Origin: Bacillota bacterium
Lineage (GTDB): Bacteria; Bacillota; UBA994; UBA5500
NCBI GenBank assembly: GCA_029781045.1
Contig: JAKOXL010000001.1
Coordinates: 8,084 to 72,083, forward strand
DNA: 64,000 nt
Direction of reading: 5' to 3'
Position numbers and translations under genes: made by a program. The notes under the pieces were generated by a model. The model made no database searches. It saw only the letters and a list, made by a program, of their open reading frames with translations, and was not told the DNA's origin. Shown here in pieces: positions 1-9,295 of the stretch. Every line of letters starts with the position of its first letter. Position 1 is the stretch's first letter.

Positions 1-407
1 GGCGCCAAACTGAACCCCGTATTACCAAACTGGGTACCGATATGGCCGTGCCAGACCGAGAACTAACGCAGGTAGTTGAACTCTACAATGGAGACATAGC
101 AGCCAGCGGGCTGGAGGCCGTCATGTTCGGCCACATTGGTAATAACCATATTCATGTTAATATACTGCCGCGCAGCCTAGACGAGTATCAAATGGGCAGG
201 GAGCTCTATCTTAAATGGGCCCGTGCCATCGTGGCCATGGGCGGCACCGTTTCGGCCGAGCACGGCATCGGTAAGCTCAAGACCGCCTTCTTGCAAGAAA
301 TGTATGGCCAGGAAGGTATAGAGAAGTTCCGTGCCATTAAGAAGCTCTTTGACCCGCAGAATCGACTGAACCCGGGCAATGTCTTTCCCGCGGGCGGAGG
401 TGAATAG
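1..407 (+). CDS. FAD-linked oxidase, C-terminal fragment (GlcD / D-lactate dehydrogenase-like); the gene starts upstream of the window
   Basis: The frame is open from position 1. The C-terminal motifs (HGIGK..., ...NPGNVFP) are typical of GlcD/D-LDH FAD-oxidase C-termini. EtfB/EtfA follow immediately. Confidence 0.6.
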   Translation, partial: RQTEPRITKLGTDMAVPDRELTQVVELYNGDIAASGLEAVMFGHIGNNHIHVNILPRSLDEYQMGRELYLKWARAIVAMGGTVSAEHGIGKLKTAFLQEMYGQEGIEKFRAIKKLFDPQNRLNPGNVFPAGGGE

Positions 408-408
408 G

Positions 409-1230
409 GTGAAGATTATCGTCTGTGTCAAACAAGTTCCGGCCAGCACTCAAGTCCGACTTAACCGGGAAACTGGCACTATCATCAGAGAGGGCGTGGC
501 CAGTATGCTCAACCCCTATGACAGCTACGCCCTGGAAGAAGCTCTGAGGTTGAAGGAAACCTTGGGGGGAGAAGTTACAACTATCAGCATGGGTATACCT
601 AGTGTAGCCGACCTACTCAAGGCCACATTAGCACTAGGCGCCGATAGGGCCATCCTACTCACTGATCGCAAGTTTGCCGGTGCCGATACCCTGGCCACCG
701 CCTACGCTCTGGCCAAAGGCATTAACCGCTTAGGCACCTTTGACCTCATTATCTGCGGCAAACAGGCCATCGATGGTGATACGGCCCAGGTTGGCCCCAG
801 CTTGGCAGAAAAGCTAGGCGTACCGCACTTGACCAACGTACAGCAGATAAAGGAAATTGACGGCCAGAGAATACAGTGTCTGCGCTTAACGGATGCGGGC
901 TATGAAACGGTAGAACTACAACTCCCTGCCCTAATCACAGTGGTGAAGGATATCAACCTGCCGCGATTACCTTCCATAGCCGGGTTAAGAAGGGCTCTGT
1001 CACAACCGGTAACTCTTTGGACCGCCGCCGATGTGGATGCCGACCCCAACCACATTGGTTTGCAGGGCTCGCCTACTCAGGTGACATCCACCTTTGTTCC
1101 AGAACACCAGCGGCAAAGCGAGAGGTTTGAAGGAGACGCCAGCCAGCAGGCCAGCCAACTGGTGGAACGCCTGTCATCCTTGGGACTACTGGGGCCAAGG
1201 GAAGGGGGTTTAAGCAATGATCAGCATTAG
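409..1230 (+). CDS. etfB: electron transfer flavoprotein beta subunit
   Basis: VKIIVCVKQVP N-terminus and EtfB-like sequence. GTG start at 409 with a GGAGGTG RBS 8 nt upstream. The ATG at 379 would overlap the upstream gene and lacks an RBS. Confidence 0.85.
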   Translation: MKIIVCVKQVPASTQVRLNRETGTIIREGVASMLNPYDSYALEEALRLKETLGGEVTTISMGIPSVADLLKATLALGADRAILLTDRKFAGADTLATAYALAKGINRLGTFDLIICGKQAIDGDTAQVGPSLAEKLGVPHLTNVQQIKEIDGQRIQCLRLTDAGYETVELQLPALITVVKDINLPRLPSIAGLRRALSQPVTLWTAADVDADPNHIGLQGSPTQVTSTFVPEHQRQSERFEGDASQQASQLVERLSSLGLLGPREGGLSNDQH

Positions 1231-2401
1231 AGTTGACCAGAATAGGTGCGTAGCCTGTGGCCAATGTGTGGAGGCTTGTCCTTTCGGTCAAATACAATTG
1301 GAGATGGATGTGGCCACCATAGGTGACCGCTGCACCCTTTGCGGCTCCTGTATTAGTGCTTGCCCCTTAGAGGCCATTGAACTAGAAGGTGCACAGCCAG
1401 TCGCTAATACTATGACAGACCATAGAGGCATCCTTGTGTGGGCCGAGTTAAGTGGAGGGCAGGTTAAACCAGTGACCTTTGAGCTGCTGGGAGAAGCCCG
1501 ACGTCTAGCCCACCAACTAGGAGTTCCGGTGGCCGTCGCTCTGCTGGGAGCATCCACTTCGTCGGCAGCCAGCGACTGCATCAAGTACGGAGCCGATCTG
1601 GTCTATCTGGTGGATGATGCTCGCTTGGCGCTTTACAACGATGAGATCTATGCTGCTGTCATGGAACAGATAATACGTATGTATAGACCAGAAATCTTGC
1701 TTATGGGGGCCACCACTTACGGTCGTTCTTTGGCCCCACGGCTGGCTTCCCGTCTGAATACGGGATTAACCGCCGATTGTACCCAGTTGGCAATAGACAC
1801 TGAGAAACGCCTGCTGCTACAGACGCGGCCCGCCTTCGGCGGCAATCTGATGGCTACCATTACCTGCCCGCAACGCAGGCCCCAAATGGCCACCGTGCGC
1901 CCAGGAGTTATGAAGGCCCTACCACCCGATGCAGATCGCCAAGGGCAAGTGATTGTACCTCCTGTGGAAATCCCACAGACATCGAAAACCCGAGTATTGG
2001 AAGTAATACAGCTGCAAGGGGATCAAGTAGACCTGACCGCCGCCGAAATCGTAGTGGCCGCAGGTAAAGGTATAGGTAGCGCCGCCAATATGAAGCTTAT
2101 TGCAGAGCTGGCCCAACTGCTGGGAGGTGTGGTGGGTGCCACTCGCCCCGTGGTGGACGCCGGCTGGATTAGCTACAGCCACCAGATTGGGCAGACGGGC
2201 AAGACCGTATCTCCCAAGCTCTACATCGCCTGTGGCATCTCAGGCGCCGTACAGCATACAGCCGGGATGAGTGGGGCAGAGACAATCGTCGCAATCAATA
2301 AAGATCCCGATGCCCCTATTCACCGCATTGCCCATTACAGCCTCATTGGCGATGTAATAGACATTGTTCAGGCCCTAATAGCTGAGCTGAAAAAACGCTA
2401 A
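1217..2401 (+). CDS. etfA: electron transfer flavoprotein alpha subunit with N-terminal 2x[4Fe-4S] ferredoxin domain (LctC-like)
   Basis: Two CxxCxxCxxxCP motifs (CVACGQCVEACP, CTLCGSCISACP) lie in the first ~65 aa, followed by an EtfA FAD-binding domain. The start overlaps the etfB stop. Confidence 0.85.
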   Translation: MISIRVDQNRCVACGQCVEACPFGQIQLEMDVATIGDRCTLCGSCISACPLEAIELEGAQPVANTMTDHRGILVWAELSGGQVKPVTFELLGEARRLAHQLGVPVAVALLGASTSSAASDCIKYGADLVYLVDDARLALYNDEIYAAVMEQIIRMYRPEILLMGATTYGRSLAPRLASRLNTGLTADCTQLAIDTEKRLLLQTRPAFGGNLMATITCPQRRPQMATVRPGVMKALPPDADRQGQVIVPPVEIPQTSKTRVLEVIQLQGDQVDLTAAEIVVAAGKGIGSAANMKLIAELAQLLGGVVGATRPVVDAGWISYSHQIGQTGKTVSPKLYIACGISGAVQHTAGMSGAETIVAINKDPDAPIHRIAHYSLIGDVIDIVQALIAELKKR

Positions 2402-2624
2402 ACTCGCCGGCAATAAAAGCGACGTCGTATCAAAGCTGGCAACTCCATGGGGTCATTGGCCCAATGGGCAAAGCAGCCCGACAAAGGGCTAGGAACTTGA
2501 GAGTGTACTGAAGAAGTTGCCCATATGCGTTCGTTGCAGGCTACTAAGGCCCAATCAACGCGGTCGTCGTTGCTCTTGGCAGGCACTCTAATATGACCAC
2601 GGCTAAGGGGTACCTCAAAGAAAA

Positions 2625-2658
2625 CAGGGGGCTGTCTTGCGACAGCCCCCTGTTTTCA
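2625..2658. terminator. bidirectional intrinsic terminator hairpin (GGGGCTGTC..GACAGCCCC family) between etfA and trkH
   Basis: cagggggctgtc-ttgc-gacagccccctg followed by ttttc. Lies between convergent genes. Confidence 0.6.
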
Positions 2659-2673
2659 GATATCTATATTTAT

Positions 2674-4122
2674 CTATACTGTAGTCTGCCGCCAGTCCCG
2701 TGGGCTTAGGAGAGCAACCATGGTAAAGAGCTCCAGCCTGCCCATGAGCATGAACAGCGAGAACAATAGCTTGCTGGCACTGCTATAGAAAGAGAAATTT
2801 TGTGCCGGACCTACTAAACGCAAGCCGGGGCCCACGTTGCTCAACGTGGTAATAACGCTGGTCAGGGCCGTTTCCAGATCCACTCCTTCTAAGGAGATAA
2901 CGATGGTGCCAAGCGTTAAGAGTAGCAGATATAGAACCAGAAAACTAGTGATGCTGATGAGAGTATCATCAGACACCACCTTTTTGTCAACCTTTACGGG
3001 CACATAAGCACGGGGATGAAAGATCTTGGCCACTTCCCGCTTAATCAGCTTAGACAGCGAGAGCACGCGGATGACTTTAATACCACCTGCTGTAGACCCC
3101 GCACTGCCGCCAATCAACATGAGCAGAACCAATATCCCTTTGCTAAACGCCGGCCACAAGTCAAAGTCAACAGTGGAATAACCAGTGGTCGTAATAATAG
3201 AGCCAACTTGAAAAAAGGCATCCTTAAGGGCGAGGCCAAAATGCTCATAAGCGCCAGCGATATTTAGACCAATGAGAACTGTGGCCACAGTTATGATACC
3301 TAGATACAAGCGAAACTCCTCGTTATTGATAAGCTGCTTCCACTTTCCTCTGGCGGCATCCACATATAGAGAGAAGTTGGCACCGCAGATAACCATAAAG
3401 ACGCCAACTACCAGCTGCAAGTAAATGCTATTGAAGGCGCCCATGCTTTTGTTGCGAGAAGAAAAGCCTCCCGTGCCAACAGATCCGAAGGTATGCACCA
3501 GCGAATCAAAAAGGCTCATTCCCCCTAGGCATAACAAAACGACCTGCACCAGAGTAATAATGCTATAGGTAACATACAAGACTTTGGCCGTGTCTTTTAT
3601 TCTAGGCGTAATCTTGCCAGCCACCGGCCCTGTAGTTTCGGCCTTATACAGCTGAAATCCGCCAACTCCCAGAGTAGGTAGTAGCGCCACCGTAAAAACA
3701 AGAATGCCCATTCCGCCCATCCAGTGGGTAAAAGAGCGCCAGAAAACTATCCCCCGCGGTAATACTTCCACATCTTTGAGGGCCGTAGCTCCAGTGGTAG
3801 TGAAACCAGAAACGGTCTCAAAAATGGCGTCGGCTATGGTAGGAACGCTATCAGAGAGAATAAAGGGCAAGGCGCCGAATAGCGACACCAGTAACCAGCC
3901 GCAAGCCACAATAGCCAGCCCCTCATGCGCCCTGATCTTCTGGGAGCCTGGAGAAAACCGGCTGAGCAGCCAGCCAATACCGCCAGTTATTGCAATACTC
4001 CAGAAAAATGCAGTAGTGTCATGCTGCTGATAATACAGGGCTATGAACAGCGATGGGAGCATAGATGCGGCTTCAAGCCTTAATAAATCCCCCAAAACCT
4101 TTGCTACTATTCCGTAGTTCAT
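2674..4122 (-). CDS. trkH: TrkH/KtrB family potassium uptake membrane subunit
   Basis: 482-aa polytopic membrane protein with Trk-type repeated M1-P-M2 pore motifs (GFTTTGAT, TTTGYST). Adjacent to trkA. Confidence 0.8.
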   Translation of the reverse strand: MNYGIVAKVLGDLLRLEAASMLPSLFIALYYQQHDTTAFFWSIAITGGIGWLLSRFSPGSQKIRAHEGLAIVACGWLLVSLFGALPFILSDSVPTIADAIFETVSGFTTTGATALKDVEVLPRGIVFWRSFTHWMGGMGILVFTVALLPTLGVGGFQLYKAETTGPVAGKITPRIKDTAKVLYVTYSIITLVQVVLLCLGGMSLFDSLVHTFGSVGTGGFSSRNKSMGAFNSIYLQLVVGVFMVICGANFSLYVDAARGKWKQLINNEEFRLYLGIITVATVLIGLNIAGAYEHFGLALKDAFFQVGSIITTTGYSTVDFDLWPAFSKGILVLLMLIGGSAGSTAGGIKVIRVLSLSKLIKREVAKIFHPRAYVPVKVDKKVVSDDTLISITSFLVLYLLLLTLGTIVISLEGVDLETALTSVITTLSNVGPGLRLVGPAQNFSFYSSASKLLFSLFMLMGRLELFTMVALLSPRDWRQTTV

Positions 4123-5479
4123 GCCGCACGCCTCCTCTACGGCTCGGTTTCATAAAGACATCAAGGGCTTCCACATCTTTGGTCAAGCAGAAAATGATGA
4201 GCCTGTCTAAAGGGTTAATGACTGTGGAACCATTGGGAATGATCACCTGTCCGCCATGGACGATGGCGCCAATAATAATACCCTTCGGAAGCCCCAGCTC
4301 AGCCAGAGACTTGCCAATCACGGCTGGATTATCACCCACGATAAGTTCCGTCACTTCAGCCTCTCCTCCGAGCAAAAGAGAAACCGAGACAACCCGTCCA
4401 CCACGGATAAACCTCAGAATGTGACTAGCTGTAATATTTGTTGGGTTTAAAGCCACATCCACGCCCAGCTTGTCAATTACCTGCACATAGTTGGGACGAC
4501 TAATCTTAGCAATTGTCTTACCCACGCCGGCCTGCTTGGCCAATAGGCACATTAGGAGGTTCTGCTCATCAAAGCCGCTGGCACCAACGAAGGCATCCAT
4601 AGACTGCAGGTCTTCTTCCTCCAGCAAGTTAATGTCGGTGCCATCTCCGTGGATTATGAGAGCATCGTCCAGGTGCTCCGCCAAATACTCGCAGCGGGCC
4701 TTGTCTTGCTCCACGATGGTAACAGCCACGTTGGCTAGGCGCAGTTGTCGGGCCAGATATAGACCTACCTTGCCCCCGCCAAAAATCATGACCTTCTTTA
4801 CCCGCTTCTTGCTATTGGAAAGACCTAAGCGCTCACTCAGTTGGCTTATTCTCTTGCTCTCTCCCATTACATGGACAATGTCATTCTCTAGCAACTCGGT
4901 ATGACCATGGGGAATGATCATTTCCCCGTCGCGAGAGACAGCCACAATGAGTAGGTCTTCTAAACCCAAATCCTTTAGTTGCTTACCTACAAAGCCCTCC
5001 ACTTGACTGACGTTGAAGTCGATCATGGACACTCTGCCTTTAGCAAAATCCTCTGAGTACACAGTGTAGCTGCGGGACAGATAGCGAGATATCTCATTGG
5101 CAGTTGCCAGGTCAGGGTTGACTATATGATCTATACCCATTTCAGCCTTAATAAACCTGAGCTGCTTCGTATATTCGGGGTTGCGGATACGCGCGATCGT
5201 ACGCTTGCAACCCAGTTTCTTGGCGAGGCTACAGATGAGGACGTTAGTTTCGTCGCTACCAGTACAGGCAGTTAATAGGTCATAAGTCTCTATATTTAGC
5301 TCTTTCAACACTTCTAATTCAATGCCATTGGCGTTAACTGTCAACACATCTAGATGATCATTTACACGTTCAATGACTCTCGCATTGGTATCTACCAAAG
5401 TGACATCCACATTGGTATTTAATAAGGATTCGGCCAGTTTGAGCCCCAGTTTCCCGGCTCCAACGACCATGACTTTCAT
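4073..5479 (-). CDS. trkA: Trk system potassium uptake protein TrkA (two NAD-binding plus two TrkA-C domains)
   Basis: Two GxGxxG Rossmann motifs (VVGAGKLG, IFGGGKVG). Start chosen at MKVMVVGAG with a GGAAGGAG RBS; the ORF track start at 5500 lies inside the RBS. Confidence 0.8.
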   Translation of the reverse strand: MKVMVVGAGKLGLKLAESLLNTNVDVTLVDTNARVIERVNDHLDVLTVNANGIELEVLKELNIETYDLLTACTGSDETNVLICSLAKKLGCKRTIARIRNPEYTKQLRFIKAEMGIDHIVNPDLATANEISRYLSRSYTVYSEDFAKGRVSMIDFNVSQVEGFVGKQLKDLGLEDLLIVAVSRDGEMIIPHGHTELLENDIVHVMGESKRISQLSERLGLSNSKKRVKKVMIFGGGKVGLYLARQLRLANVAVTIVEQDKARCEYLAEHLDDALIIHGDGTDINLLEEEDLQSMDAFVGASGFDEQNLLMCLLAKQAGVGKTIAKISRPNYVQVIDKLGVDVALNPTNITASHILRFIRGGRVVSVSLLLGGEAEVTELIVGDNPAVIGKSLAELGLPKGIIIGAIVHGGQVIIPNGSTVINPLDRLIIFCLTKDVEALDVFMKPSRRGGVRHELRNSSKGFGGFIKA

Positions 5480-5631
5480 TCTAACATCTCCTTCCCGCAT
5501 TATGCGGTGTGCATCTATGCTAATAATAATCTGCGAAGATGTCTACCTTGTCAACTACACAAATAGTGCATATTCAAAGGCCATAGAAAATAGAGGGCTA
5601 CCGCCCGCCTAAGGCGGCAGCCCGTTTGCAT

Positions 5632-6618
5632 CTATTTGTAAACAATATCACGGCTTAATGAATGTACTTGTTGCACCCACACTTTCCCCTGGGTATAGGT
5701 CAGTTCGCTGCCATCATCTAGTAGGTATCTAAAGTGGGCTTCTGGCTTATCCTTATGCCAGGTACCGCTCAGTAACTTCCCGTCCCGCAAGAACAAAGCT
5801 TCCCCTTGCCCGATGATATTGATCTCACTCTGAATACCGTCTACCGGTACCTCCACCGTCTTAACCGGTGCTTCAATGATGATAATGTTATGGGCACGAA
5901 TGGCTTCCTGCTCCGCCGTCAGATGGGCCGCACCATTTAGCATTCGGTTATAGCACTGGCTTTCCTCATCATAAACCCAAGAAACCTCGTATTTGGAACT
6001 ATATCTAATATGCAGCTCCTCCACATCCTGGGCTTCGGGCCATTCACCAGTAGGCAGCGCAGGTAGACCATGGGGTTGATAACCGCGTTTGCTGGCTAAT
6101 GCTAACACCGCTTCGCTGGTGGTAAAGGTGGCATGGGGGCTCTTGCGCTGCCGATCCACAAAGAAGGTGGACCCCGCATTAGTAATGGCACATATGCTCT
6201 TAATGCCTAAGGGTTTGCGCAACTCCATGGCATCCATATTGCCGCCCACATGCACCAAAGGTAGATCATAGGGCTTGGCCACCTGCAGGTAATAATAACG
6301 GATGCTGCGGATGGGGCCTACACGCACCGGATTTTGCCAATAAAAGGCGGCCAGAAACCGGGTAATGCCCGTTTCACAGACGAACTCGTAGACAATATCC
6401 GCTTTATCCAAACCGTATTGGGGGCGGGCCCCACTATGATTATCAATCATTGCCATAAAGGCCGCAGCCAGTTCCGGCGTGGGCTCGGGCTCAACGGGTG
6501 TAACAATAGGGTCTGTTGTCGGCCCATCACTGGGCTCCGGTGCATTGACGGGGCTACAACTTGCCATAATAAGCGTAGCCACCAGTATCAACAACAAGAA
6601 AGAAGAACGTTTCAACAT
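5632..6618 (-). CDS. DUF3048 (YerB-like) lipoprotein
   Basis: Signal peptide plus lipobox (LIMASCSP) and a Pro/Thr-rich linker. The similarity to the DUF3048 family is recalled from memory, not computed. AAGGAGGG RBS. Confidence 0.45.
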   Translation of the reverse strand: MLKRSSFLLLILVATLIMASCSPVNAPEPSDGPTTDPIVTPVEPEPTPELAAAFMAMIDNHSGARPQYGLDKADIVYEFVCETGITRFLAAFYWQNPVRVGPIRSIRYYYLQVAKPYDLPLVHVGGNMDAMELRKPLGIKSICAITNAGSTFFVDRQRKSPHATFTTSEAVLALASKRGYQPHGLPALPTGEWPEAQDVEELHIRYSSKYEVSWVYDEESQCYNRMLNGAAHLTAEQEAIRAHNIIIIEAPVKTVEVPVDGIQSEINIIGQGEALFLRDGKLLSGTWHKDKPEAHFRYLLDDGSELTYTQGKVWVQQVHSLSRDIVYK

Positions 6619-6700
6619 GTAGACCCTCCTTTTCCTTTCCCCGCCATAATACCATATTTGTCCATGAAATTGGTTATGCTACACAAAGGGGGGAGTGCTT

Positions 6701-7075
6701 ATGCCTACAGCTAGAATAGAGATTACCCCGTACCATGCGGAGGTGCATTTTGACAATCTGGTTATCAAAACCGGAAGTGAAGAAACACCTTCGCCTTTTC
6801 AGCTGTTCTTGGCCTCCCTTGGAGCCTGTGCCGGCCTTAATGCGGCCGGTTACTGTGAGAATCACGAGCTACCCACTGAGGGGTTAAAGATCATTATGGA
6901 TGTGGAACGGGATCCAGACACCCGGCTGGCCAGCGTAATCAAGATGCAGCTGGTGCCACCCAAAGGTTTCCCGGAAAAACGCAAAAAGGCCCTGTTACGC
7001 GCAGCGGAGGCCTGCTTTGTTAAGCGACACTTTACATCGCCACCTCGGTTTGAAACGAGCATCGCTGAAGAGTGA
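6701..7075 (+). CDS. OsmC/Ohr family peroxiredoxin-like protein
   Basis: SPFQLFLASLGACAG motif typical of the OsmC family. ATG at 6701 with a G-rich RBS; the track start at 6695 is a GTG inside the RBS. Confidence 0.7.
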   Translation: MPTARIEITPYHAEVHFDNLVIKTGSEETPSPFQLFLASLGACAGLNAAGYCENHELPTEGLKIIMDVERDPDTRLASVIKMQLVPPKGFPEKRKKALLRAAEACFVKRHFTSPPRFETSIAEE

Positions 7076-7078
7076 AAA

Positions 7079-7109
7079 AGGGCTGTCGCAGAGACTATGC
7101 GACAGCCCT
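7079..7109. terminator. bidirectional terminator hairpin (GGGCTGTCGCA..GCGACAGCCC family)
   Basis: agggctgtcgca-gagactat-gcgacagccct. A T-run follows on the minus strand (cttttt). Lies between convergent osmC-like and membrane protein genes. Confidence 0.55.
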
Positions 7110-7121
7110 TGAGTTCTATAG

Positions 7122-8891
7122 CTAGGGCCCTACTGCAACTAGAATATACATGTTGTAGTCTATGCCTTCGCCTTCACTCCCGCCCAGATTGCCATTAATG
7201 TGCTGAAAGACGATGCGTAGCCGACATTGCTCACCGATGGCTTCCAGCGTCAACTGCTGGGCACTGAGCGTTTCCCTCACGGTTAGGCCTCCATCCTTCA
7301 AGGCCATAGCAAACTCTTGCAGACCAGTAGCCACCAATTCCTCGCCCCGCCCATTCAACACTGACACCCTCGTTTCCAACGGCGACAGCCGTCGCACCAA
7401 CAATCTGTAATCCGCATTACCCACGCGAAAATCCTGAACTTGCTCCGGCTGTTGACGATAAGAGACGGCCTGTAACAGAACATCGTAACCAGCAACCGCT
7501 AGAGGTTCTTGCGGGTTCAGGCTGATGTGGAAAAACTCACCCAGTTCGGGGGTATACCCGTAGGCGGGTTCAAAGCCCAGTACCTTTTGCATGTCTCTAT
7601 AGGTACTAAAGTCGTCTGGCAGCCAGTTGACATAGGCTAGATAGCCACGGCGCTCCAAATACTGTAAGATATTGGTCGTTTCCCGACGAACTTGCAAGTC
7701 TGTATCGGGCTTTGCCTGCAACTGGTCCGCAACTAATACCCCGGCGCCTTGCAACATCCGCTCCAAACGCTGAATCTGGCTGTTACGCGATATGGTGAAG
7801 GCATCGATGGGTGGGACCACGGAAACGATGGCAAAGGCGGCCGCCAGCAGAGCTATGATACCGTTCTTGGTCTGCGGCCGTATCGTTAGGATTAGACCTA
7901 TCAGGAGGGAGAAAACCCCGAACAGAGCCACATAATAGCGAGACTCGGTCACCCCATAAGCCCGCAACCGAATGGCAACCGACATCAGTTGCATCCCCAC
8001 GATAGGGATCAACACCTTGGGGAAGATCAGCTTGTACAACCAGGCTATCCTGTTGCTCAGACAACTGGCTAGTACAAACAATAGTAGGCCGACCGCCGAG
8101 TAGGCCAAGATCATAGGCCCCAACTGACCCACCGGCCACGCACCACTGAGCCCGATCTTGATGAAATAGGAAAACAGAACCAGAGTATAGGCGAACATGA
8201 GAGGAATGGCGATTTGGGAAACCAGAATCGCCAACACCGACGGGAACTGGCCATCTTCCGCCATGTACCCGGTATAGGAGTGGAAATGGGGTAGACGGGC
8301 CAAATAACTGAGAGTAGCAAAAGAAATCCAGACGATAGCCAACATATAGCCGAAGGCATCCCTATCTACAGGGAAAAGCAGGAGATCAATGGCCCCCAGT
8401 AATACGGCCAAGCCCACCGAGAGCACAGCCGCATAGAGAAAAGACGTTAAAGCCGACTTGAAGTGAACTAAAGCCACCGTATCAAAGTCGTTCTCACCAC
8501 CAGAGGAAGGCAGCCAAATGTAAACACAAAGCATGGCGAACACGGCCACCATAGTCCTGGCAGTTACCACGTAGTCAATGGCCGACACGCTGGCGATGCT
8601 GAGATAATAGAGCAATGTCAGTATAATGGCCAGACCATAGACAGCCAAACGCTGGCCACTCCTATACCGATAGCGTTCACAGGCGAACTGGGCCGTAACA
8701 CCAATGAAGGCTCCCAGCAAGAAGACAAACATTAGCTTCTGCAGAATCAAATCGGGGGTGCGGTGAAGAGAGATCATATAACAAGTCAATGCTGTGCTGC
8801 TGAACAAGCAGATGACCGTTAGCGGGAATCGGGTTACCGCCTGGTAAAAACCCTGCAACATCTTCCCCAGTGTGACAAGCAACGCTCTCAT
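7122..8891 (-). CDS. polytopic membrane protein with C-terminal soluble domain (possibly DUF4153 family)
   Basis: About 10 hydrophobic segments, then a ~200-aa hydrophilic C-terminus. Start at MRALLVT with a GGGAGGGGAG RBS (the track ORF extends into the RBS). Family assignment is from memory only. Confidence 0.4.
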   Translation of the reverse strand: MRALLVTLGKMLQGFYQAVTRFPLTVICLFSSTALTCYMISLHRTPDLILQKLMFVFLLGAFIGVTAQFACERYRYRSGQRLAVYGLAIILTLLYYLSIASVSAIDYVVTARTMVAVFAMLCVYIWLPSSGGENDFDTVALVHFKSALTSFLYAAVLSVGLAVLLGAIDLLLFPVDRDAFGYMLAIVWISFATLSYLARLPHFHSYTGYMAEDGQFPSVLAILVSQIAIPLMFAYTLVLFSYFIKIGLSGAWPVGQLGPMILAYSAVGLLLFVLASCLSNRIAWLYKLIFPKVLIPIVGMQLMSVAIRLRAYGVTESRYYVALFGVFSLLIGLILTIRPQTKNGIIALLAAAFAIVSVVPPIDAFTISRNSQIQRLERMLQGAGVLVADQLQAKPDTDLQVRRETTNILQYLERRGYLAYVNWLPDDFSTYRDMQKVLGFEPAYGYTPELGEFFHISLNPQEPLAVAGYDVLLQAVSYRQQPEQVQDFRVGNADYRLLVRRLSPLETRVSVLNGRGEELVATGLQEFAMALKDGGLTVRETLSAQQLTLEAIGEQCRLRIVFQHINGNLGGSEGEGIDYNMYILVAVGP

Positions 8892-9249
8892 ACTTCTCCC
8901 CTCCCTGGCTTGTTTATCTTCCCTATAACCATATTTATCATTTCCCCTTTTATCCTTACAGATTATATTCCCTAACCTTCCCATGACTTCGCCGGCTAAT
9001 CTTCTCATCCCTGCCCAGTTTTGACGTACCGTGGGTGGAAAGATCTAGTGAGTCCTCCTAGAGGGGACAGGGGTGGGTAAACTTGGTCAACAAGACTAAC
9101 TATATGACCTGCTGGACCATTACCTACCGCGCCGCTTTAGGCAGACCGGCAGTCGTGGTGCGGTATAAGGAGGAACCCTTGTCATCAAGCAACCGCGTCA
9201 CAAGGAGGATCGCCACCAGCGCATACTAAGCAAATAGTAACAACGGGGC

Positions 9250-9285
9250 TGTTCGCCTGCTGGCGAAGAGCCCCTAACCAATTAT
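9250..9285 (-). terminator. terminator-like hairpin downstream of the YpeB-like gene (variant of the GGGGCTGT palindrome family)
   Basis: ggggctgttcgcc-tgct-ggcgaagagcccc, with one mismatch. A T-rich run follows on the minus strand. Confidence 0.4.
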
Positions 9286-9295
9286 GCCGCAAACA

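Noticed and set aside
379-1230. ATG at 379 as the EtfB start (track ORF)
   Set aside because: It would overlap the upstream GlcD-like gene by 29 nt and lacks an RBS. The GTG at 409 sits 8 nt after GGAGGTG and yields the canonical (M)KIIVCVKQVP N-terminus.
4491-4904. 137-aa + strand ORF inside trkA
   Set aside because: Antisense shadow of a well-supported gene; Ser/Arg-rich low-complexity translation.
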